Origin: Vicugna vicugna
Lineage: Eukaryota
Direction of reading: 5' to 3'
Assembly (NCBI GenBank): GCA_013265495.1
Contig: MU058384.1
Span: 4,708,792-4,772,791, forward strand
Length of the DNA stretch: 64,000 bases
A model generated the notes under the pieces. The model worked only from the letters and a program-made list of their open reading frames with translations, ran no database searches and was not told the DNA's origin. The position numbers and the translations under genes were made by a program. How positions within the stretch are numbered: position 1 is the first letter of the stretch; each line of letters opens with the position of its first letter. Positions 1-11,539 of the stretch are shown one piece after another.

Positions 1-138
1 TTATGATAAATCACAGAGAAAAAAATGTGACAATGAGTGTGTATATGTCCATGAATGACTGAAAAATTGTGCTGAACACTGGGATTTGACACAACATTGT
101 AAAATGATTATAAATCAATAAAAAATGTTAAAAAAAAG
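1..138 (+). mobile_element. 3' end of a relatively young L1 (cetartiodactyl/camelid-type 3'UTR) with poly(A)
   Basis: ..tgtgctgaacactgggatttgacacaacattgtaaaatgattataaatcaataaaaaatgttaaaaaaaa, an L1 3' terminus with AATAAA and A-tail. Confidence 0.75.
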
Positions 139-399
139 AAATTAGAATGTAGTCTGAGAATGTAACGGCCTCCTAAGACATAGGAGATGAGGCCTTGTTC
201 AGCATGGGCACTAAGATCTTTGCATAAAACTGGCATCCTCAAAAGACCACACTAGCAAAGGGAGACAAGGAGGTTTGACTATCTAGGCTCAAATTTGGGT
301 GGAGAAAAAAAACTCCTTTCTGAATTACACATATAGCTTCTCTCGTATGGGATCTGGGTTCAAATCTATACTTACCTCATAGATTGCAAGTGAGGTATA

Positions 400-870
400 A
401 GTAGAGGAAAAAGGTCAAAGATTACTCCAAGGTGTTTGGCTCGAATAACTGGAAAAAAATGGAGTTTTCCATTATGTGAGACGGAGAAAGCTTCAAGTGA
501 GGTTTGTCTGAGGAGGCAGAAGATTAGGAGTTCAGGGTCAGAAAAAGTAAGTTAGAGTTGCCTATTAGACACCCAAGCAGAGATACCTAGCACGCACTGG
601 GATATATGAGTCTGAAGTTCACAGAAGAGAATGGGCTGGGGAGATAGCTTTGGTAGTAGTCTGTATGACCTCGGTTCTAGAGACTGGAAGAAAATCACTA
701 AGTGAGTAAGTGTAGATAGAGAAGAAGTTCAAGAGGTTAGCTCTGGGATGTTTCAATATCAAGAGGTAAAGGAGATAAGCAAAAACTAGCAAAGGAGACC
801 GACCTAGAAAGGGGAAAAGCAGGAAAATGTGCAAACAGTAGTTTAAAAATATAGGAAGGGAAGTCATTGT
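400..870 (-). mobile_element. L2 LINE fragment
   Basis: Purine-rich degenerate L2-like motifs (gattactccaaggtgtttggc, cctattagacacccaagcagagat). Confidence 0.55.
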
Positions 871-1946
871 ATTAAAAATAGCACTAAAATTATATAAAAT
901 GCTGATGAGTAAACTTAATAAGAATCTGAAAAACTTATAAAAGATCTCAATTTTAAAAACTCATCATATTTGGCATTTTTATTATAATTAATAAAGAAAC
1001 TCTGGAATAAAAATTATATAGTATGACTCCATTAAAGTGAATGAAATAGATATATATTAGTGTCATAAAAAAACCTTTTGGAATAATAATACATGATAAA
1101 CACAAAAATAATGGGGCAGGACAAAATCTGTAGTATGAAGTCGCCTTTATAATTAAGATATTTAATATATACATGAAAGTCTAGAAGAAGGTATAAAAAA
1201 CTATTACCAGTAATTAACATATGGCAGACTTTTGGTCTCTACATTGCAAACATCTGGATGATTGAATTTTTACTATAAGCAATTATGAACATTATTAACA
1301 GAATTTTTAATGCAGTTTATATGATATATATAATTGTGTGGAAATGAAAGTATAATATAACGTTAATTCAAGAAACCAGAAATAAACATCTTACTATGAT
1401 ACGACCAAAATTAGAATATGCATGAAAAACAGGCTGAAAAAAATTGCCAAAAAAGCCAACTGAGATTTTCTTTGGGAGTGGTACTGATTATTTTTTTCCT
1501 TGGTTCTATGCCTTTTAAAATCTCTGTAAAGTTTTCTTACTTTTGTTTTTCTTGTTACTATGAAAATTTCCAAACACACAAAGAAAAAGCATAATAAAAT
1601 ACCAGGTACCTATCAGCCAGCTTCAACAACCATCAAAATTTAGATACATATGTGTCATCTTTCCCCGACCTGTTTTTATTGTTTCTGGAGTATTTTAAAG
1701 CAAAGCTCAGACATCTTGTCACTCTATAGACTTAAAAAGGTCATATTCTTACATGACCACAATATCATTTTTTCATCTATTAAGAAATAAACAAAAATTC
1801 CTTAATATTGTATAATACTGAACCCATACTGAAACATCTGGAATTGCCTAAGACATGCCTTTATACAGTTGGTTTGTTTTTCAAGAGAATCCAAACAAGG
1901 TCCAATTACTGCATTCCATTACACTTCCAGAATCCTAATCCAGCAG

Positions 1947-2329
1947 GATTATGGGCTGGGTTGTCCCCTCAAAACTCGTATGTTGAAATCCTAACCCCTA
2001 GAACCTGAGAACATGACTATTTTTGGAGATAAGGTCTTTAAAGAGGTAACTAAGTTAAAATTAGGTCATTAGGGTGAGCCCTAATCCAATATGACTAATG
2101 TCCTTCTAAGAAGAGATTAGGACAGCACAGGTACAGAGGAAGGACCATGTGAAAACTCAGGGAGAAGGCAGCCATGTACAAGCCAAGGAGAGAGACCTCA
2201 GAAGAAAGCAACCTTGCTGCCACCTTGATTTTGGACTTGTAACCTCCAGAATTGTGAGAAAATAAATTTCTGTGGTTTAAGCCATCTAGTCTGTGGTACT
2301 TTGTATGGCAGCCCTAGCAAACTAATACA
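1947..2329 (+). mobile_element. MaLR solo LTR (MLT1B/C-like)
   Basis: Starts tatgggctg..gtcccctcaaaactcgtatgttgaaatcctaacccc, contains AATAAA, ends ttgtatggcagccctagcaaactaataca. Confidence 0.85.
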
Positions 2330-2930
2330 AACAGAAGAGCCAACATCTGTTCTAATTGGTTTAATGTTCTGATTGGTTTTAGTCAATGAATTTATTGAAT
2401 AAATTTGGTTGATATACAGAACAGTTATTTCCAGTAGAGGTTAAATTGTTTTATTCAATAAATTCACTATTTTTATTTATTTAATGTTTTAAAAACCTTA
2501 AATCTATTTTCATGAATGACTGGCCAATTTAATTATTATTACTACCACTACTACTCTTAATTGTGTGCCTCTCCTAATACTAGTAGACTGACCTTGGTCA
2601 TGTACTCTTGATTAATGAGAGTGAAAGCAGCATATTTGTTTTTCCAGTTTGAATGGGGCTAATGAATATGTTAACTATATACTCAATTGCCTACTGGATA
2701 TATGCCACTGAAACCAAACATCTTTCCCTCTGTACCCATTCTTCCTTCCTTTCCACTGTTAATTAATCAGTCATTCTCCATCCAGTTACCCAAGCCAGAA
2801 ACTTCAGTACATCTAAAACATTTTCTATGATTTTGAAATACTTTTAAACTTACAGAAAATTTTCAAGAATAGTATAAAGAATTTCAGCTTTGCTCCTAGA
2901 CCTTTTGAGCAGAGAGACCTAGGGGGGAAA

Positions 2931-3004
2931 ATAGATAGATAGATAGACAGATAGATAGATAGGAAGGAAGAAAGATAGAAAGAAAGAAAGACAGACAGAA
3001 AGAC
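2931..3004. repeat. Compound microsatellite (GATA)n/(GGAA)/(GAAA)n/(GACA)n
   Basis: Directly visible tetranucleotide repeats. Confidence 0.9.
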
Positions 3005-3289
3005 ACATACACATACACAAATACTTTTATCTGTATTTATTTCTGTATGTGTTTACATAAATATTGGAAACTGTGAGTTCACACAGACATAATCAATTCC
3101 ATCCAATCCAATACCACCACAAGAGTCATTCTGGAATTCCTCCTTTTCCTATTTGTAACTAACTAATTTGTTTCTCTGTTAGGGAGAAACTTGGCTCCCA
3201 TTAGCCTCAATATATTTATTTCTTCGCTTCCTTTTTGTTTAACCTTTATGGCCCTGACATGCTTGCCACCTCTTCATCTGACAAGAGAA

Positions 3290-3870
3290 GCAGCTGGTCA
3301 TCATTTTTGATTATTTCCTATCACTCATTCCTCCATCCAATCAATCACCAAGTCCTAACATTCCTACTTCCTAAAAATCTCTTGCATTAGTATACTTCTC
3401 TCATTCTGACTGCTCCTACCCTTGCCCATACCACCATCATCTCTCACATGCCTTACAACAACAGCACTTTATCTGATATTCCTGGATCTAGATTTGCTTT
3501 CTTCCCATCCATTTATTACACTGCAGCCAGAGTTATCTTTCTGAAATTAAAAGTTTTACTCCATCGTTAAAACCCTTCAATAGTACCTCACTGACCTCAC
3601 AATACTGCCTTCAGGGTCTCTTCATAACTTGCTTCTCTCTCTTGTCTTACTTCCTCCTAAAGTTGCTAACCTCATTCTAGACCTTTCAGTCAATCAAGCT
3701 GAATTGATTTCAACTTGTGGATTATGCCAAGCTTTCTTTTAGTGAACACTATATTCTATCTTTCTCTACCCATAAACCCTTCCCAACCTGGACAACCCTA
3801 CACATTATTTAGGTCTTTACTTAAATGTCACTTTTACTGTAACATATTCCCTGACACCACTCCTCCCCCA
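3290..3870 (+). mobile_element. L2 LINE fragment
   Basis: Pyrimidine-rich L2-like motifs (caatcaatcaccaagtcc, ccaccatcatctctcac, cactgcagccagagttatctttctgaaa). Confidence 0.6.
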
Positions 3871-4117
3871 CCATCACCAATATACCTCTGCAAGCTATTG
3901 TAAAGGTCCAGGCCAGAGATGATAACAGGTGTACGTCTCAGCCAGTCTGATAGACAGGGAATGCATTATTAAAATACCTGAGTAAGAATGACCAGCTAGA
4001 GTTACAACTTCTTTTTCTAAAAGTTGGTACTTACATTAGAGTTATGAGGATAGGTGCAAAGTACATAAAACACTTAAAATGCAAAGCTTCTGGAAAGAGC
4101 TCAATTTATGTTATCTA

Positions 4118-4780
4118 TTACTCATTCAACAAATGTTCGTGAAGTATCAACTATCTGATACACAGTGATAGACACTGAGGCTAGAAAAATTAAAGTATAA
4201 TGTAAACAATTAAAATATAACTTAGAGAATGAGCGTCCAAAGCATAGCAAGATATACATATAGCAGGACTGTTTGGCAGAATTAGTCAACCTGGTTAAGA
4301 TTCAAAGGATGGACAACATTTGGGCTGAGACGTGAAGGAGCAGGAGTTTACAAGGAAGGATTCTTCACGGAGAGGGGACAATATGTGCATGGAAAGATAC
4401 GGATCATTTTTCATGGTATAATTCAATATTGCTGAAGCATAAAATTGAAATGACGCAATGAGAGATGAAAAGTCAGGGAGATGGGGTGTCTTGTATCCTA
4501 GACAAAGTAACTTGATTTTCTCCTACAGATCATTTCTGAAGAATTTTCAGGAGGAGAGTGGCATTATCAGATTAACATTTTTAGTGAGGTCATTCGGGAA
4601 GCAGTGTGCAGAATGGAATTCAGGGAAAAAACCTGGGGCCAAGAGATTGCTAAAGACGCATCTCACAATAATCCCAGTGAGAAGAGATGAAGCCTGGCAT
4701 GAGGCAGTGGGATTTAAGATGGACAGGACTGCACCCTAGAGGGTTAAAAAGGTAGCATGGACATGATTTGATGTTAAGAG
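4118..4780 (-). mobile_element. L2 LINE 3' fragment
   Basis: ctcattcaacaaatg.. (reverse of the L2 tail) followed by purine-rich L2 body. Confidence 0.55.
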
Positions 4781-5784
4781 GCATTTAGGATATTCTACAG
4801 GAATTTAACTAGGACACTGGGAGGATCAAACCAAGACAGAAATCTAGAAAGAGAATTAGATTTAAAGTACAAAAATCGGGACCCACTGGGTTGGTAATAC
4901 TTCTCACTGACTTCCCATAGGATTTAGAGAAACAAATGCTTTGTGGGCTGCGGTGATGTCAATGGGAATGGAAAAGCTGGCCTCCAAAGAAATATGCATA
5001 GTGCTCTTACCGTACAAACGAAGCAACAGGTTTTAGTGTGTGACAACAACTGCAGAAAATTCGAGACGAGGAGGACTTGTCTAGTACTTTTCCATCCCTG
5101 GTGACTCAGAGCTAAAGATGGCGCCTGTGGCAAAAATTAGAACGTGGGAGGGGGCATTTGGTGTAGAAAAAGATGAGTTTTTTTAGGTTGCTGTTCTGCT
5201 CTGAACACATAGTGAGATAACTCAGCACCAGACGAATCGTGGGTATTAAGATTTGGTCTGAGTACAACTCTGCAGTCTCCATGCTTCAAAGGAAATTTCA
5301 TTTCGTGGGCGCGATGGCGTGGGGTAGAGGGGTGATTAGTGTGTTTCTTTGCCTCATTCTTGTTTCTGAGCCTTGGCGGGTTCCACCACAGCCTGACTCA
5401 CTTTGTCTCCTCGCGTCTTTCCCAGCGCTGGATACAGTTCTGAGAAGAAGAGCGCGTCTTCGGTGATGGTAGCAGGCTCTGGGGGACACCTGCGCATTCC
5501 CAGAGCCCCTTCCCGCTCCAGCGCGAGCAGACTTTCTCCTTCAAGGGCCGCGGCCACGCGCTTTCCGGGCGGGCGCGATGAGTCCAGTGCGCGGCCCGCG
5601 AGCGCGTGCCCGGCCGCAGTCAGAGGGCTCGCAGGCGGGCGCGCGCGCCACCCCCGCAGCCGCCGCACTGCAGCACCTCGGGCCCAGGCGAAGGCGGCGC
5701 GGGGGCGGGGCCAGGAGGAGGGGCGGGGTCGCGAGGGGCGCCGAGACCCGGCCGCGGTCCAGGCGGCGAGCGCTGGCCGCATCG

Positions 5785-5798
5785 GTTGTCATGGGAAC
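5785..5798. promoter_or_regulatory. RFX X-box (GTTGTCATGGGAAC)
   Basis: 14-bp imperfect palindrome fitting the X-box consensus GTYNYY-AT-RGNAAC, in the promoter of a ciliary gene. Confidence 0.75.
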
Positions 5799-5816
5799 GG
5801 CGGCGTAGGCAGGCGC

Positions 5817-5824
5817 TGACGTCA
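5817..5824. promoter_or_regulatory. CRE (TGACGTCA), overlapping an E-box CAGCTG at 5823-5828
   Basis: Perfect palindromic CREB/ATF site inside the CpG island, 18 bp downstream of the X-box. Confidence 0.7.
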
Positions 5825-6376
5825 GCTGGCGGCGCTTGCCCGCACTGCGGCACCAGGCTCCATCTCAGAGCCCGGGTGGCTGGCGGCTGGGGCGTCTGTG
5901 GGGCCGCCTCACTCCCGGCCTGCCCCGCCTGGAGGGAGGAACCGCCCTGGACCGTCCGGGCGTCCACTCCAGTGGGACGAGCTGTCGGCTTCTCTGCTCC
6001 CTCTTCTCTGTAAGTACCCTGTAGGCCTCCTGGTGGCGGGAGCCCGGGCGCGGGCGCTCGCCCTGCCCTGGCCTTCTCTGGGGACAGCGGCGTGGAGGGC
6101 TGCTAGGGTCCGAGGGCGCGGGGGCGGTGCGCCGGCGGGGCCGTGCGGGGGCCGCGCTGAGCCACTGAGGTCTCGGGCCCAGCGCCGCCGAGTGGAGCGA
6201 GGTGGTTTTCGAGAGGTACGTCTACGTACTTTCCTGTTCCCTTTCCTGGGTTCTTCTCCAGAGCGTTTACCGTGGTGTCCGGAAAGAGGGAATGCAATCT
6301 TTACCTTTATGTCTCCGGATTCTGGTTTAACAGCGTTTGAATGAAATGCGTACTAAGTACGTTTATTTCCTTTTAG

Positions 6377-6439
6377 GCTGTCAACCTGGTGCTGAAGCTT
6401 AAATCTATGAAATGCCTTCTTAATTACACCTGATAAAAA
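6377..6439 (+). other. AHI1: Candidate 5'UTR exon
   Basis: Good acceptor tttatttccttttag at 6362-6376. The donor (GTGATC at 6440) is weak, so the end is uncertain. Confidence 0.3.
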
Positions 6440-7603
6440 GTGATCGATGTGCTACGTTTAGGAGTCAAGTTACATTAATAGGGTCGTTTCAATATGTATA
6501 CAAGCAGAAAAAAAAAAGTATGTTATTTAGGAATCCCTACCAAATGGTTGTGCTGCATTTCAGGATTACTGTGAAAACATCGACTGACTGGTGTATACGG
6601 CTTTTCCTTCTTTTGAGAAAAGGATGCTAACAGTTTTTTCACCTGTTGCGTTTACGATTGCTGTTAGTGCTTGCGCTTTCAGGAAGAAGATTGCCTGCTA
6701 CGAGAACTCTGAGAAATAAAATATTTGAAAGAAATTCAGACACCGAAATTTTTTAAAATCGTATTTAGAATCTTAAATACTTATGGAGACTATCTTGATT
6801 TATTAATTGAATTATGTATACAAGGTTTTTGTTTCCTTTTTTCCTGCGTTATAAAATTCGGTTATGGAATGAATTATCCAAGCCTCTGCTTTTTCTTCCT
6901 GTGTTCTTTAGTCATTCATTGGCTGATAATCAGGTGTTTAGAGAGAAAGTAAAATGAGATGAAATGTAATGCAGTTAATTTTCCAATTTCGTATCTCTTA
7001 GCAGGTCTTGTTAAAGGGTTTTTGAGGGAGAAGCTTTTAAACCTAATGACGTATATAAGGTTCATGGATGTCATTTTAAGTTTGACCTTAATTTTTTCTG
7101 ATGATGTTACATATCTAATATTAGTCATTAATTGTATAATGTATTTGCTGTAACATACACTAACATTTAGAGATAATCATTTCTGTAATGTTTTTGATGT
7201 GTATATCATTAAATAATTTTTGTTTATTAATTGAATTGTTCATTAAACTACTAAATAATGGTAAATAATGGAAATAACTAGTTAATGTATCTTATCTGTC
7301 ACATAATTATTTACTTTTAATACTGTAATAATGGACATAAAGCAATGTGCCAGCGACTGTGCTGATCACATTGTTTTTCAGTATTTTCTCCTTACAATAT
7401 AGTAGGTGCCATTTCAATTTCCCAGGCAAGAAAAAAAGAAAACAATAAAACAATAAAAAACAAGAGTTAATGAAATTAAGTAGCTTGCCCTAGACCAGAC
7501 ATTCAATAAGTGTTAAAACAAGAGCCTGAATATTTTTGCCGTAGAATCATTATTACTGCCCCCCTCCTTTTGAAATGGGACTACATCCACGAAGACAGCA
7601 TAG

Positions 7604-7687
7604 GCCCAGCCTGCCACAAGCTAGCTGTTTGGTGGTGGTCACAGAACATTTCAGCAGGGTGAAAATTCAGGGCTGAGGCAGAAGGAG
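7604..7687 (+). other. AHI1: Candidate 5'UTR exon
   Basis: Donor GAG|GTATGA at 7688. The acceptor TAG at 7601-7603 has a poor pyrimidine tract. Confidence 0.25.
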
Positions 7688-8780
7688 GTATGAGGTATGA
7701 AGATCAAGACACCATAGGAGCACATAGGAGAAATATTTAACTGGGAATTTTTTAAAAGTACATTTGAAAGGAATTCAAATACCAGAAGTTTTTAAAACCA
7801 TATTTAGAATTTTGTTTATTTATGGAGACAGCTCCCCGGAGAAGAGACTGTTTGCATTTAGTGTTAAAGGATAGTTAGGAGTTTGTTAGAGAGAGAAGAA
7901 GGGCATTTCTCTGGAGAAAGAGGCGTATAGGTAGTGGTATGAAGGCAAGAAAGAGTTTGGCATGTTTGAGGGCCTGTAAGTAGTTTCAAATGCCTGGAGC
8001 TTACAGTGGAGAAGTGTGGTTGGGGAAAGAGAGGTAGAAAAAAGGCAAGAGGTCATTTCATCAGTAGCCTTGGACCCTGGTGGTCAGGGCCTCATATTTT
8101 TTTCTAGTGAATGAGTGATTGGGAGTTAGTGAAGAGGTCTAAACGGAGAAATGATACCATCACATTTGTATTCTTAGAAAGTTCCTCTGGTTGCAGTGTA
8201 GACGATGGTTTATTTTTTTAAAGGGTAGGGTGATAGAAGCATGGAAACAATCTTAAACAGCAAACTCCTTCTGTAGTTTTTTTTGTCCCTCAAAGCTTAC
8301 TGCCTCATGTCACTGCCTTTCGGGGCAAGGGAGGGGGGAAGACAGTTGGAAGGAGAATTTTAGGAAGAATCATATACACGTTTCTTCTACAGGTCTTACC
8401 TTCCATTCATCCCTCCACCTGTGGCTGTCAGGTTTCTGGCCTTCCACAAACAACTTTGCCCATGTGACTTCCTCACTGCAGATCCAGTGCACTCTTAAAA
8501 ACGCGCAGCAACTCTTGGTACCACACATGTAGACCACTTCTTTCTTGAAACTCTTTTTCCCTTGGTTACTTCTCTCTCCCAGTTTTCACCTCTCTGATGT
8601 CTTTTTACTTTATTTTTTGGGGTTCCCAGAATTCTGTCTTTGGCACTTTTTTTTCCTGCAGCCATCACAAATGTAAATGATGCCCAAATCTTCAGCCTCT
8701 ATCTGCTTGCTGGATTACTACACTGCTTACCAAACATAATCTGAATATATGTGCATGGATATATTGCCCCACATGCAGGT

Positions 8781-8841
8781 GTGTGTACACACATGTATAC
8801 TGTGTATATGTGTATACACACACACACACAAACACACACAA
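8781..8841. repeat. (TG)/(CA)n microsatellite
   Basis: Directly visible. Confidence 0.85.
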
Positions 8842-8849
8842 AAAGCAGC

Positions 8850-9070
8850 TGTCACTTTTGAAGGGCTTGCTATGCTCTAGGTATTGTGCTAAGTGTTTGA
8901 CTTGCATATTCTTATTTAATCTTTACAAAAACTCTATGAGTGATTTATTATTATTATTCTCCTTTGAAGAATTAGGAAATTGAGGTCCACAGAGACCTCA
9001 GCTTAATCTACTGAAAGGTCGAACTGGATTTGAATCTGGGGATCTGACAATAGAGCCAGTGCTTATAGCT
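8850..9070 (-). mobile_element. MIR SINE
   Basis: tgctaagtgtttgacttgcatattcttatttaatc..aggaaattgaggtccacagag..ggatttgaatc, MIR core. Similar copies at ~9480-9680, 12130-12280, 14250-14480, 21405-21620, 61425-61610 and 62480-62740. Confidence 0.7.
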
Positions 9071-9144
9071 GCCTAGCACCCGTCAGATACCCAGCTCAAC
9101 ATGCCCCACTAAGCTCACTGAGTGCCCCCATAAGAAGTATCTAT

Positions 9145-9460
9145 AGACACTGTGAACTCATCTACAAAACAGAAACAGACTGGCAGACTTAGTAAACAAT
9201 CTTATGGCTACTGGGGAAAGGGGATGGGAGGGGATAAATTTGGGAGTTTGAGATTTACAAATGTTAGCCACTATATGTAAAAATAGATTTTTAAAAAACT
9301 TTCTTTTGTATAACACAGGAAACTATATTCAATATTTTGTAGTAACCTTTAATGGGAAAAAATATGAAAATGAATATATGTATGTATATACATGACTGGG
9401 ACATGGTGCTGTACACCAGAGATTGACACATTGTAATTGACTGTGCTTCAATTTAAAAAA
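9145..9460 (+). mobile_element. 5'-truncated L1 3'UTR insertion with target-site duplication
   Basis: L1 3'UTR (gaactcatctacaaaacagaaacagact..gggataaatttgggagtttgagatt..ttgacacattgtaattgactgtgcttcaatttaaaaaa) flanked by AAGTATCTAT at 9135-9144 and 9461-9470. Confidence 0.85.
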
Positions 9461-11039
9461 AAGTATCTATTATAGTTGTAGCTAATGTTTATTGATGCCT
9501 GTTCTGTCTAAGGTACTGTTTTAACCTTTTAATCATGTAACCCTTACAACAATCCTTTGCCTCTCCCTCCTTAGTTACTGTTAGATTTATTTTACAAATG
9601 AGAAAACATTTCCAAAGGTCACACAAGTAACTATAGGAGACTAGTTTCAGGATTTGGGTTTTAAACTACTGCACTGTATTCCATTTAATGGAACTACTTA
9701 TCTAATTATTCTGGCTTGAAGAACATGAGAATCATAGTTGACTCTTTGTCCTATCTCTTTAGTAGTTTTTATTGTCTAAAACGTCAATTTTCTGCTCAAG
9801 AGAAAACAAAGAAAAGAATGTCTTTTCTTGATAACTCATAGGCATGATATAGTTCATCTGTTTTCCTGTGTATTGAATGAGCATGGAATCTATAAATGTT
9901 AAATCCTTATTTGCTTTATATTTTTCTACTTAAGTGCTGTCAGGTTTCAATCACTGATACATTTGCCTTTGCAGCCTTTTTTTTTCTCTTAATTTGGAGT
10001 AGATTGGAACATAGATGACCAGGCTTATTAGTTGTATATTAGAAAGAGTAAAGGCTGACTCCTATCAGTAAAATAGAGGATTTTCTACAACGTGCATTTG
10101 ATGACTGCTTTGTCTGTGTACTGGATAGTTGTTACATGGGTTAACTCACATAATTAGGTGTATTTGTATGATCATTCTTTTTTTTTTTTTTTTTAGCATT
10201 TCTGTCCAAAGTACCCCTAATACACATGACTGTGTATCCCCAGGGATCTGGAACCTTAACCGATAATTACTAAGTCAAATCAGATTGTTTTCCTTTTTTC
10301 TTTTTGAACACTCTTCAGTTTTATTATTAAAAACATATGCATGTTGTGTTCTAATGCAGGAATTAATATGTTTGTTTTGGACATACACCTCTATCTTTAA
10401 ATAAAATGGGAAATTCAGGAATATATACCAAGTTTGTGATTTTGATATGCAATGATACATACCCAGGTTATTTATTTGAGGAAAATGGAATGAATGCTTT
10501 GCTTAATATTTTCCAGCATAGCAGCATTTTCAGTGGTAGGTACAGAAATGTTAAATTCATTATCTGTGAATGTGCTGCCCACAAGCATACTTTACAGATG
10601 TAATAGTGATGCTTTCGGGAAAGTCAGTCCTGAGGTGGTGTTTGGTTTCTTAAAAGTGCACTGCAATGTTCATTTTTCACTGAAAATCTTTAAAAAGTGT
10701 ATTAACGTTCTAAGTTACATGTTTATTGCCTTTCAAAAATTAAAAAAAAAATTTGTTTCAAATATATAAATACTTTACTAATAGTCCAGTTTGCTTCACT
10801 TTAAAACTTTAAACTGATTCAGATGTATTCAAGTCATTTGCATAAGGGATAAGGGAACTTAGCTTTTTGGTATAAATCTGGTAAGGTAGTGAACAAACAA
10901 TGACATAATCTTGCATGAAGAATATTTTATAATTTTTATTTGGAAATTTCATATTACAGATAAATCCTCTTTGTTTTATAGGTTCCTAATTGAGTCAGTG
11001 CTTTGCATTATAACTCAATGCTCTCCATAAAACTGAGAT

Positions 11040-11049
11040 ATGCCCACTG
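11040..11049 (+). CDS. AHI1: AHI1 coding exon 1 (exon 10982-11049; ATG CCC ACT G = MPT)
   Basis: Acceptor ttttatag at 10981, ATG at 11040, donor GTAAGA at 11050. Joins the next exon to give MPTVESEAK. Confidence 0.9.
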
Positions 11050-11328
11050 GTAAGACTTTTATGAAATTTTTATATGTAACACGTATTATTTATTTTAAAG
11101 TTTGGATTATTTTAAGGAGTTCTTTAGCCAATTAAGGAATAAAGTAGAAGTCATCAATAAAATATTACATGTAGAGAAATTTAATAGTTTGGTATTCAGT
11201 TTTCTATTTAATGTTGGTGATTAAAGTTAGTATGTATTCAATGGATGGCAATTTGGGACTTAGCTGGACAGGGTAAATAATAATGACAGCATATTTTTTA
11301 TGATCAGAATGGATGTTTTACTGTAGAG

Positions 11329-11526
11329 CAGACTTTGGCAAACTTTTTCCTAAAGGCCAGACTAGTAATATTATAGGTTTGGTTTCTGCTATAGCTGCTC
11401 AACTCTGCCATTGAAGCGCGAAGGCAGCCATAACAATTCTTAACAGAGTGTGTATGGCTGTGTCTCAATAAAACTTTATTTATAAAACATGTGACTGGCC
11501 TACAGGCAGTAGTTTGCCAGCACCTG
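11329..11526 (+). mobile_element. MER58A-like hAT-Charlie DNA transposon
   Basis: ggcaaactttttcctaaaggccag..ctcaactctgccattg..ggctgtgtctcaataaaactttattta..agtttgccagcacctg with terminal inverted ends. Confidence 0.8.
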
Positions 11527-11539
11527 CTGTGAGGCATTC

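Larger units (their letters stand above)
5780..6009 (+). other. AHI1: Putative non-coding first exon (start approximate)
   Basis: Consensus donor GTAAGT at 6010 within the CpG island, downstream of the promoter motifs. Confidence 0.5.
5300..6300. promoter_or_regulatory. CpG-island promoter of AHI1
   Basis: Very GC- and CpG-rich block in otherwise AT-rich, CpG-depleted DNA, about 5 kb upstream of the ATG exon. GC boxes GGGGCGGGG at ~5702 and ~5720. Confidence 0.92.

Noticed and set aside
5239..6344. Many overlapping 60-150 aa ORFs on both strands
   Set aside because: Ala/Gly/Arg/Pro-rich frames expected from stop-codon scarcity in a CpG island; no recognisable protein.
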